Positions 53,190 through 64,000 of a stretch of 64,000 nucleotides of DNA are shown in pieces. Made by a program: the position numbers and the translations under genes. The notes under the pieces were generated by a model. That model worked only from the letters and a program-made list of their open reading frames with translations. It searched no databases and was not told where the DNA came from. The stretch lies in NCBI GenBank assembly GCA_010093705.1, contig MU006100.1:470745-534744 (forward strand), written 5' to 3'. The stretch comes from Patellaria atrata CBS 101060 (taxonomy: Eukaryota). Each line of letters starts with the position of its first letter. Position 1 is the first letter of the stretch.

Positions 53190-54383
53190 ATGCCGAAGGC
53201 CTCAGTTCATAGAGAGGAGGAAGAGTTCCCATGGGATCTCGGCGTTTTTGACGCTCATTGTCATCCTACAGATACAATGACATCCCTCGACTCCATACCG
53301 AGTATGAAAGCTAAAGGACTAACAGTAATGGCTACGAGAGCACAAGATCAGGTATTGGTAGCTTGCGCTGCAGATAGGTTGGGTATTCCTACAGATACCA
53401 ATCCGGAAGACTGGACCCGAGACCAGAAGATCATCCCATGTTTTGGATGGCATCCGTGGTTCTCCCATCAAATGTTCGATGTTAATACCTATGATGGAAA
53501 AGAGCAACTGGACGAGGAATCAAAGATTGCCCACTATCAAACAGTTCTAACTCCAAAGTCGGATGATCGTGACTTTCTGCTAGCCCTACCTGACCCTCGA
53601 TCTTTCGCTCATTTTCTGCAACAGACGCATCAATACCTTGAACGGTATCCGCTAGCCTTGGTAGGCGAGATCGGACTGGACAAGCAATTCCGTATACCTG
53701 GATCATGGCTTCCAGAAAATTACGAAAGTAGAGATGATTCTTTGACACCTGGTGGTCGAGAAGGGCGGGACCTCTCCCCTTACCGTGTTCATATGGACCA
53801 TCAAAAGAAAGTATTGACGGCGCAATTGAATCTAGCCGGGGAACTACAGCGAGCGGTTTCAATACATGGCGTGCAAGCTCACGGCATCTTATTTGAAACG
53901 TTACAGCAGACGTGGAAAGGGTATGAAAAGCGCGTTCCGAGCAAAAGAGAGTTGAAAAAAAGAGCAAATGATCAGAACGCGAATATCGAAGAAGAGCAGA
54001 TTCAAAAAATCGAGGATAGTAGCTCTCCGAAACCTTACCCTCCGAGGATCTGTCTCCATTCATATTCAGGCACTGCGGAGACGCTTAAACAGTATTGTCA
54101 TCCATCCATACCAACGGAAGTCTTCTTCTCCTTTTCCACAACTATCAACTTTTCTCATCCGGCTGGTTCTAAAACGGAGACGGTAATCCAAGCTTGTCCG
54201 GACGACAAGATACTGATCGAAAGCGATTTGCATACCGCAGGAGACAGGATGGATTACTACCTTGAAGAGATTGTGCGTAAAGTTTGTCAACTGAAAGATT
54301 GGAGTCTTTCTGATGGTGTCAACCGATTGGCCGAGAACTGGCACCGATTCGTATTCGGCCATATCGACCCTCATAAACATTAG
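53190..54383 (+). CDS. TatD-family metallo-hydrolase (Scn1 / Cut9-interacting type)
   Basis: FDAHCHPTD, FGWHPW, VGEIGLDK, SIHGVQAHG, CLHSYSG, LIESD; 397 aa, intronless. Confidence 0.9.
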   Translation: MPKASVHREEEEFPWDLGVFDAHCHPTDTMTSLDSIPSMKAKGLTVMATRAQDQVLVACAADRLGIPTDTNPEDWTRDQKIIPCFGWHPWFSHQMFDVNTYDGKEQLDEESKIAHYQTVLTPKSDDRDFLLALPDPRSFAHFLQQTHQYLERYPLALVGEIGLDKQFRIPGSWLPENYESRDDSLTPGGREGRDLSPYRVHMDHQKKVLTAQLNLAGELQRAVSIHGVQAHGILFETLQQTWKGYEKRVPSKRELKKRANDQNANIEEEQIQKIEDSSSPKPYPPRICLHSYSGTAETLKQYCHPSIPTEVFFSFSTTINFSHPAGSKTETVIQACPDDKILIESDLHTAGDRMDYYLEEIVRKVCQLKDWSLSDGVNRLAENWHRFVFGHIDPHKH

Positions 54384-54863
54384 TGTACTGTAATACGCTC
54401 TGGTTAGCAATATTTTCAGTTAACACCCACTTCATTACAAGTAAACCTGAAGTCTTGCATTCTACTTATTAATATGTCTATCTCTCAGCTATGAATTTGA
54501 TAGTTACCTTACGATAGAATATTGATTTAGCCTCTACACAAATTCGTCATATGCTTTATTTATCTTTGTTTCATTGTTTCGTCGGTGTTTAGCGCTCATC
54601 TAACAATGAGATTATAGTTTTCAATGTGTGCTAATTCTATCTAGACAAAGAGCGTTTTATTTAGATTTCTCTTTGTGTTAAACATTCCCAACCGATATAC
54701 ATACAGTTCATCGGGCTTGTGGGGATATTACCTATTTCCCTTGAAAAATTTCGCGTCCTCAGAGATATATTTCGAGCTGGTCTCGAAGTGTATCATAAAA
54801 TATCGGTTTGGAGCAGCTAACTATCAGATACGCCGAAGAAACTAACAGAACATTATAAACATC

Positions 54864-57344
54864 ATGGCTTCTGACGCGGCCCCCACCGATATCCCAAAGT
54901 CACCGGAAGATATAATACTTATCTGGCCGAACTTTACAGAAGGTTCAATTACGGAACAATTACTCCTCAACATAAATCCAACAGCATTGCCAAAATTTAT
55001 AGAGTGCAGTAAGAGAGACTTGAAAACAGTCTGGACATCCCCAGCTAGGCATTTGTGTGGGCTCGAAGCCCTCCGGAAGTCCATAAACCCAATCCTAAGG
55101 AACTACGGGAAGCTTGATCTTGATATGAACGAGTTGCAGAGACTTTATCGGGGCCGAAAACATACGGAAATAGCGAATAGGAAAATCGCGGAGCTCACCA
55201 ATGAATCATCTCAAAGAAATCTACGGGAAGAATTATTCAGTGACGACAACCTCATAGATAAAACGCTGCAGATTATGGCCTGCGTAATTGCAAAAGAAAG
55301 GGGGATAGGTCCTATCCAATTGGAAGTGTTTTTCAAACAGGCTCACGAACCTGCCGGACCGGAACGCTACGAATTATTTAGCTACGAACCAGCTGTCTCC
55401 GCAGTGCCTAAGCATGTAATATGGTTGGTAAATGACAATGCGACACAGCTCGTTGGTCCATCAACTATTTCTCACTGGACTGCTACTGAGTATGATATGG
55501 ATAACTTTCCCCCCGAGACAATAGCTTTATTTTCAGAAATTATAAATCTCCAGCACGTCCAAGAAGTCTACGATATCCTCGTGAGGAGGTTTGAAGTTGA
55601 GATACGAAGTGTCGACCAGATGCCTAATACTATACGTGTGGGAGCGTGCCCTATTTCTCCTTGTAGCATCATTGGTTGCAATCGCTAGCTCTATATTAGC
55701 CAGCCAGTTAAGGTTCCAAATACAGTATCTATGAATGAGCAGCCTAGATAGGATGCAAAAATTAAGGGAGTACATCCAGCTGAACAACAAGCGTTCATTC
55801 AGATATTGGAAATACAGAGTCTACAGCCCCATAGTTCGACCGGAACGGGCTCAGCTGGAATTCCAATCTCCTGCAGGGATCTGGATGGAGACTATGTAAT
55901 GTTGGATATCAACAACGAGCTTACCAGCTATCTCTACATCCGAGATTATGACGGTAACTGGCGACGTGTTCCAAGGGATATTCTTACAGTCCAAACACAA
56001 ATGGAGCCTCATAGGACCTGCGGTGTCAATTGGACCCGTCACGCTCGCATAACACCATCCCCAAAGCGAAAAACCTGCATCAGCGTCGTACGAGACGCCA
56101 ATTCAAGAGTGAACTCGCACCGCGTTGCCTGGAGAGCATGTAGATGGATCCCTCCTCATAACAGACCATCCATCAAGGCCACAGTCCCGTTCCGTCCCGT
56201 CAAGGACAAAATGAAGGTCACGAGGGGCTTTACCCCCTCACACAAGTGTAGAAAAAATTTCAGTCGTCTCCATAAATGGGACGGGGGTATTAGTAGGAAA
56301 CCCCTTCACACACTGCGCAAACTATTATGGGACCCCCGCAAAACTGTGCCCGGACTCTTTCGTCCTGAGATGGAGAGCTGGGATTCCGCGAGGAGGGCAT
56401 TCGCGCCCGCTGCCGCGGCTTCCAGCGACTGGGAAAGACTTAATGATAAGCCGAACTCCTGACCGACCGCCGCACCTTTGGACGATTTCGGAAGTGAGGG
56501 CTTAGACACCGCTTCCGACATGGACCAGTCCGGCAAGGACAATTGCGCCTGTGAGTACAAGCGCTCCCGTCATACGCCAAAATACGGAGTATGGAATATG
56601 TTTTACTGGCCAGTCGAAAACTACCGCACAATGGAAAGATTCATGCGGCTTCTGAACCCTGGACTCTCGGGGACACAGATCAGTATCGAAGAAATTCAGA
56701 ATTAGGTAAGATTACACCCCTTCCCTTTCACCTTCACTCTGCCGCAAGGTAAAAATACCTCTCCCCGTTCTGATATGCAGGGCGATATCCGTTATCATGG
56801 CGCTTGTAGGATCTCCGCTACCTTCGCGGTGCCAGAGCTCGAGAGCTTCTTGCATGATTTAGTCTGTGGAGCTCGTGTAATGGGGATTGGAGATCGTGCG
56901 TTAGACCGCGTCATGGAGGCGCTGAGGGGGTACGTTGAGAGCGGGAGGGTGGTTGGGACGGAGTTTAGATTTGATGCCTAGGGACGGTTTGAGCGGCTTG
57001 TATTGGACGCTACCGACGATAGCCGGGAAAGTGGAGATGGGAACACGGGTAAGGGACGTGAGGGGGAAACTGATGAGGTGTGTATTTTCTCATGCGGTAA
57101 GGGAGAGGGAGAGGCGGAGGGAGATACTACTGAAGCTGCTGTGGGTGGTTGTAGCTCGATATGTAAGTGCGGGGGCAAATGTGGATGTGGCTGCGGATGT
57201 CGATGCGTAGGTTGCGTTTCCGATACTACGCTTCCTATTGAGACGGCAGCTCCTGCGCAACTTGCTGCGACTGGAAGCGGGACTTCGGAGGCGTGGTGGG
57301 TACCGAGGCCTACGGTTGAGGACGACTCTGATGACGAGCTTTAG
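54864..57344 (+). pseudogene. Long single-frame gene interrupted by in-frame stops, with Cys-rich C-terminus
   Basis: ORFs at 54864, 55806, 56478, 56775 and 57003 share one frame. Separated by TAG 55686, TAG 55749, TGA 56460, TAG 56703, TAG 56979, plus a 75-nt GT-AG intron 56706-56780. Confidence 0.6.
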
Positions 57345-58386
57345 GGTAGGAGCAGGACCGGGGAGAGGGAACGGTAGAGGTAAGTTTGAGTTTTTGTTTT
57401 CATTTCGTTTTGTTTTGGAGTTTTTGGAGTTTTTGGCTTTTAGGGATGGGGTGGTGTGGTGTGATAATGCTGGATGAGTTTCATCGTCCAGTTGTAATGT
57501 TTCTTCTCGGTTTATCAAAGGTACGGCGTTTTTCCTTTTAACTGATTCTCGCATCGTGTTGTCTCCTGCTTCTTTACTACAGTACAGTACAGTACAGCAT
57601 AAAGTGTAAACGTGACGGAATACAGGGAAACCTGACGTCGTTCTATCCCGCGTGTTTGGCGACAGATGGTATTGTTTACTCTTGTGTTATGGTTATAATA
57701 TAGCATGTCATGTACCTGTATTGTACTGTACTATGCTACACAGTACATATAATACCGTAACATCATCGTTCTCGTGGAGATCACCCCTTTTTTCCATAAC
57801 GGTCCACAGTGTTATCTTGACTTATAGTACAACATCCGCGCATTTTCAGCGAACGCTGGTTATGTCGATTCCGTTTATATCTGGATTGTCTGGGTTAGAG
57901 GTTTCTGAAGAGTCTGAGGTAACCTCATTCTGCTCTTTAGATCTATGATGTGGAGCAATCTAATGTAGTGTGAATATATCCCCCCAACGACGTGGTAGGA
58001 CATAGAGTCAGACCGGTTATTAGCGAACCATCTATGGGAATGGATATTTGACCCTTTATTACGTGTCATTGCGAATACAGACATTGTTGGGAGGGGGATG
58101 GAGCAGTGGTGTTGTTTCCTGATTTCATTTACTCTACTCTACTCTACTGAGGCCATTTTAAGATAGAACGTATCTCTGAGAGCACGCACCAGACAGCAGA
58201 GACCAGAGCACCATCGCTGATACATACGCCTGCTGACCCAGCATCTCGAACCATGCAACGCGTGAGCGTCCAAGTCGCGATTTACCGAATCCAATCATAG
58301 AAACCAGCAGCGCTCACCAGCCAGCGCAATCCAATCCGATCCACGCAAAACGCAAAACGCAAACTCAACGTCCCAACAACTCGATC

Positions 58387-61358
58387 CTAAGCCTTCAACC
58401 CCTCCATCAAATCCCCCTCCCTCGCCGCACCAACCACACTCCTAAAAACCCCCCCGGTCTCCTCCTCCCCCTTCTCCGCCCTCTCATAAGCACCCTCACT
58501 CCTATCCAACAGAACCCTCAAATCGCCCTCCCCAAGTACATCACCAAGATGAACGCTCTCCCCATCCTCCCGTCGTAACATCCGTCTCAGCTCCTCCATC
58601 TCGTCTTCCTCTTCCTCCCCATCCCCCTTTCTCCCACCCTTCCCCCCAGTCCCCACCCCGCCCTTCCTGATCACCAGTTTCTCGAGCCGGCGCTTCGACC
58701 CCGCGCTCTGTAGCAAGCGCTGCTCGACGGTCCCGCGCGTGGCGAAACGGTACACGATGACGTTTTTCGTCTGTCCGATGCGGTGCGCGCGGTCTTGCGC
58801 TTGCAGGTCTTGCTGTGGGTTCCAGTCCGAGTCGAAGAGGATGACTGTGTCTGCGGCCGCGAGGTTGATGCCTTGGCCGCCGGCGCGAGTGGAGAGGAGG
58901 AAGAGGTTGCGGGGTCGGGTGTCATGCTCACCGTCACTGTCATCTTGACCCTCTACTTCATCGGCGTCTTGTTGTTTGTCCTTACGTTGGGATTTGCGGG
59001 GGGGTTTGGCGGTGGGTTTGGCTTTGGTGTTAGTGGACCCAGGCCGATTGAAAGCGAGGATCTGAGCCTGACGCTCGCTCTGCGGTACCGAGCCGTCGAT
59101 ACGGCAGATGCGCCAGTTTCGGAGTGTCGTGGCGTACAGCTCGATCAGGTCGAGTTGGCTCTTGAACTGCGAAAACAGGAGGACTTTATGACCTCTCTCA
59201 AATAACGCGGGGAGTAGTTGATCCAACAGCATCATCTTCCCGCTGGTCGAGACGAGGGAGTCGTCGGGCGTGCTTTCTACCTCGGCGTCGGAGTCGACGG
59301 AAGGCAGGTCGAAGGGATTGAAGAAGTTGTAGGGAGAGTTGCAGCAGAGTCTCAACTGCATGAGTGCGTTTTGGAGCTTTTTCTGCCCGATTTGCCGTTT
59401 GGCGATTTGCAGGATCCTGTTCCTCCGGGTTTCAAAGTCGTCCTCGGAATTCGCGTCTTCGGATGTTTCGGCGGCGAGTTCCCCTTTGTCCATTGAGCGG
59501 AACCACTCGGCATCTGACACTTCTTCGTAATTCTTGCGTTTTATAGCACGCTTGCGGGTTTTGGGCATGGCACTGGACGTGGAGGGTGTGGCTTCACGAC
59601 TTGATTTCGCGCTCTTTTGCGCGGGCAAGGTGAGTTCGTTGGAATTGGGAGCTTTACGCTTGAGTGTGGATGCGCTGGTTAAGCTATGAGATGAAGAGGC
59701 CCCGGTCTGGTCACTCTGAGGCTCTCCAGTCAACCGCTCCACAACCTTCCCCTCCAGGTACTCCCTACTCATCCCGTCCAGAATCGCCTGATAGAGTTCT
59801 CTTTGCATGACCGTCAACGGCGCAAAAAGTACATACTCCCGTTTCCTTGGCATATTCGTCTCCACATCCCTCTTTACCCTTCTCAACAAAAATGGTTTCA
59901 GAATCGCATGAATACTGCTCACTAGCTTCTTTTGCCGTTCGCCACTCAGAAGCTGCTCGTACCCCTTCTCATCCTTTAGCGCTGAAAAGTCGAACCAAGA
60001 TTCGAATTGCGAGTACGAATCGAAAATAGAAGGCATGAGGAAGTGTAGGAGGGACCAGAGTTCTGTGAGGTTGTTCTGCAGCGGTGTCCCGGTTATGAGG
60101 AGTCGGTTGGCGGACTGGTAGGATTGCAGATCGCGTATTAGGCGGCAGTCGAGGTTTTTGATGCGGTGACCCTCATCCTGCGGTTGGTGTTAGTTTGAAG
60201 GGTTTGACATAGGAAATAGACCTTTTAGAAAGGGGTACTTACAATGATGATAAACTTCCACCCGAAATTCGCGAGAAACTTGCGGTCATTCATGCATATC
60301 TCGTAGCTCGTAACCACGACCGGGAAATCGGACTGGCCTGGGTTTCGGAGGCGGGTTTTACGGATTTTTTCGCGCTCGGGTCGACTGCCGTGATATAGCA
60401 CGACTGGGATATCCGGAGTCCATCTTTCAAACTCTGCGACCCAATTGCTGGTCGTACTGAGAGGGGCAGCGATCAAAAACGGACCGTATGATTCCCGTTC
60501 CCAAAGAAATGCAAGGAAAGAAATGGTTTGAATGGTCTTCCCAAGGCCCATCTCATCCGCCAGAATACCGTTCAACCCATTCTCGTACAAACCTCTAAGC
60601 CACTCAAGACCCTCAAGTTGATATGTCCTCATAGTACCCCCAGTGACAAGTTTCGGTTGACGTGCCGACTTGAGACTCTGCGCCCCAATCTCTCCAGACT
60701 TGATATCCGCTTCTGCTTCCTCCTCCAACACCTCTTCCACAGTCTTATTCCCTGCTTTCTCTACAACTTGCTCTTTCTTAAAATAATCTGACAGTTTTCC
60801 CGCCGCTTTTGCAGTTTTCGGTGCATTCTTCGGCGGTCTCCCACGTCCTCTCGTCGGTAGCACCACCTCATCTTCCTCCGTCTCCTTCTGATTCGCATTC
60901 GCTCGGGTAACCTTTCTCTGTGACGCTTCAGCCACCTGTTCTGCCTTTTCCTCTCTCTTCTGCGCGCGCTTGCGGCTTTTCTCGTCTTTGGCGGTCGATT
61001 GCTCTTCGGCTTGTTGCATTTGCTGCAGCATGATTGTCGAGTAGAGCTTGCTCTGATTGAGCAGGTATTCGAGCGCTTTATATTTTGTGTCTACGGCCTC
61101 TGAGCCATTGTCGAGCTCTTTTTGGCGCTGCTTTGACATTTCTTGAGAGTGTTTCGCGTCTTCTTTAAGCCGCTTCCTTTTTAACGTTTCTTCTTCTTCG
61201 AGCCAGGATTGCGATACCGCATCTGTGGGTGAGTCTTTTGAGTTCATTGTATCGTCCGAACGCGAATGTGGAGGTGGTGATGAGGCGGGTGTGGATTTGG
61301 GTGATTGTGGGGAGGATGAGGTGGATGAAAAGGAGCGCGTTGCGGTGGAAGAAGGCAT
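58387..61358 (-). CDS. IRC5: SNF2-family chromatin remodeller, Lsh/DDM1/IRC5 subfamily
   Basis: complement join(61358..60243,60177..58387); GILADEMGLGKTIQ, DEGHR, TGTPLQNN, STRAGGQGINL, DSDWNPQQDLQAQDRAHRIGQ; N-terminal LEYLLNQSKLYS typical of Lsh-type proteins. Confidence 0.88.
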
Positions 61359-61647
61359 CGCCCTAATTAGGCAATGTAAACTTCCGTCTGATGAAATGTT
61401 GAAGATTCAGGTCAGATGTGTGAATGATCGCGACTGATGTTCCCGGGGCAATTGCTTCCCAAATATGGAACTGGAATTAATCAGATATAAGAATAGAGGA
61501 TGATGAATCCAACAATTGAATCACTCCAGTAAATAGACGATAACCACCGTGATAAGAGAATAAAGCGAAGAAAGCGAAAAAGGTGGTAGTGGCAAACGGG
61601 GTAAGGGGGAAGTTCGCGATGGATGACAAACTAAATTCTAGCTGAAG

Positions 61648-61686
61648 ACGCGTTCCCAAAAAGTCCAGTGTCGTCACGCGCGCGGG
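61648..61686. promoter_or_regulatory. MCB-like elements upstream of the Lsh/IRC5 helicase
   Basis: ACGCGT at 61648-61653 and ACGCGCGCG near 61676, about 290-320 bp upstream of the ATG. Confidence 0.45.
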
Positions 61687-62119
61687 TCTGCACGTGTTTT
61701 CGCATTCCACTTTGGACCCCGCGATACAAATCCTTAAAACTAATTGAAGATATCAAGACTGAAAATATAACCTAAACATGAATAATAATGACATCTCTCA
61801 TATGCAACAATAACCACTAGCCCCTTTATCAAAACTTGGCCATATGGTCTGGTTGGGGGAAATATCCATCGGCGACTTCGACTCACCTATGGTTAAAACA
61901 ATACAAAGCCGTTTCCTAGGAGGGATACCTTTCATCATTGAAATCCATATCTATTCATTTCATTGGTCTGGTCTGGTCTATAACTCATTCATGAAGCCAT
62001 TACCCTCTTTCCATTCCCTTACCGAAAACATCAACTCATCCGATGCCACGTTCAATGCTGTATCATGTCATCTCAATCATACACCTTAATCATGCTCAGC
62101 TATGCTTTTTGAAAAGCCC

Positions 62120-64000
62120 TTACTTCGCCTCTTCCACCTCATCGGGCTTTTGGGTATCCGCATCCGTCATCTCTGCATCTTTTGCCTCCTCCTTGCTGGC
62201 TGATCCCTCGGCCTCTTGCTGTGCCTTCTTCTGTGCTTCTAGCTCGGCGCGCTTCGCAGCGATTGCTTCCTCTTGTTGCCGGAGAATTGCTTGCCGTTCT
62301 TCTTCGATCTTATCGTTGTAGCGCTGGATGATGGGCCCGGCTATCGCGCGGATCTCATCGATCTTAGCGACGTAGGCGGCCTTGGTGGTATCCTCGCCTT
62401 CGTCATACAACCAATCCTGACGGTGAGGTTAGTATTATGTCAGACTAATGGATTGAATAATTCTTCTTACCTCGCTGTTCTCCAACTTGGCTTTAAGTTT
62501 CTCCTTCTCCTCATCAGAGGCGAACTCCGAGTATTGCTCATCAATCTTCCCCCTCAGTTCGTAGATGTAAGACTCAAGCTCATTCTTCTTATCCTCAGTA
62601 TCAGCAACAAGCTTGTCCTCCATAAACATCTGTTGTTCCCTTTCCGCGGCAGATTCTTTCGCTGCCTGATCTAGCGATGCAGTTCCAGCCGAAACAGGTA
62701 ACTCCCCTTTCCTCACCTGCTTCCTGACCTTCCTGGTCTTGGGCTTCGCTTCGGCGTCAACGGGTGGATCGGTATCCATAGCCTGAGAAGAGGTCAGCGA
62801 ATGTTGTTCGAGAAGGGAAACAGAATGAGGGTCTCCCGGAACATTTGAAGCTACCGCACTAGGCTGCATCGATTCGCGTTTCCGTCGTTTCGCTGGCGAA
62901 ACATCAGGAGGGCTATCGTGCCTGGCAAAGTCGTGTGCTGCTCCCGATCCGCCGTTATTAGGATGAATGAAATACTTGGAACCTACATCTCCATCCTTCT
63001 TTGCCTCACCCTCCTTAGGTTCAGGAATTGGTTCCTCAATCTCTTGATCCTCAACATAGTAACCTTGCTCTACGTTTAGAATACCGTGTAGGTTCAAGCG
63101 TGCCTTCAATTTGCAGATCATGAAGTCGTCCTTAGCGTCCGCCTTAACACCCTTTACGGAGAAGCGGCCGATCCAAGGGTTGACCTTTCCAGGTAAAAGT
63201 TCTGGCTTGGCATACCTTGCCTCGAGGTCGAAGGGTTGTTTCCTGTAGAAAGTGAGAATCTTCGTAGATGGCATAACATTACCCTTGTTGAAGACGGTGA
63301 GACTTGTGTCTTCGTCGGGAATGTCGGGTGATTTCTCCCAGGTGAATTCTATGGGGTAGTTGACGATATCGTGTACGGAGAAATCGCGGACGCGGAAGAC
63401 GGGAGAAAGAATTGCGCAGCTGAAGGCACATCCTCTGGCTACGGCTTCATCTTGATTGAGAGTGAAGGATAATGGCTTTCCGAAAAACTGCTGAACGGCT
63501 GCCTTCAGGGATGGTACACGAGTGCAACCTCCGATCATCTCAACCGTGTCGATATCTTCTACCTTGAGTTTTGCTTCGGCGAGGGCTTGCTCGAGAGGAA
63601 CTGTGGCACGGTCGAGTAGAGGTCGTACCAACTCCTCCAACTCATCCCGTTTCAAGAAACTGCGAACATCGATATCGTTCATCAAAGACTCGATATTGAG
63701 AGGTGCACCTGCATTAGCAGACAGAATCTTCTTCAGCTTCTCGCAGCCAGCCGCTACTCGTACTTTCGCCTTGGGGTTTTCAAAGATATCGATCTTGAAC
63801 TTTTCCTTGAATTCTTTGGCGAAGTGATCAACTAAGGCTTTGTCAAAGTTTCGACCACCAAAGTGACGATCACATGCGGTCGACTTGACAGCTAGTTCAC
63901 CTTTCCTGAACTCGACGATAGAGCAGGTGTAATTGCTGTATCCGATATCTACAAAAGCTACCCGTCTCGGTTTCTCATCCGGGCCTGGAAGGTCGAGTTT
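62120..64000 (-). CDS. SSE1: Hsp110-family chaperone / nucleotide exchange factor (Hsp88/Sse1), 5' end outside window
   Basis: LNQDEAVARGCAFSCAILSPVFRVRDF, EDKLVADTEDKKNELESYIY, DWLYDEGED; introns 62986..62783 and 62470..62417. Confidence 0.95.

Overview
Eukaryotic DNA from a filamentous ascomycete (short GT-AG introns with CTAAC/CTGAC branch points, HET-domain genes, RIP-like decay). Conserved genes (MCM3, SulP/STAS transporter, mitochondrial MDH, Mit_KHE1-type, SRF1-like, TatD/Scn1, Lsh/IRC5 SNF2 helicase, Hsp110) are mixed with accessory and decayed loci. The main protein-level candidate is an intact 6-exon, 1623-aa gene at 6327-11441. It fuses an IDO/PrnB-type heme dioxygenase domain to a P450-reductase-like FAD/NAD(P)H module lacking the FMN domain, followed by cytochrome b5, suggesting a self-sufficient dioxygenase. 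The main non-coding candidate is a family of three dispersed, diverged, structured Pol III-type elements (A box, B box, oligo-T) at about 12.4, 29.3 and 35.7 kb; these are not tRNAs, and two share a loop-E-like 3' hairpin. Other observations: an in-frame 204-nt Hsp110 intron encoding an NLS, a decayed three-copy tandem gene family, a gene broken only by in-frame TAG/TGA codons, and a possibly myristoylated mini-HET gene flanked by direct repeats. All family calls come from motif recognition by eye; no database searches were run.
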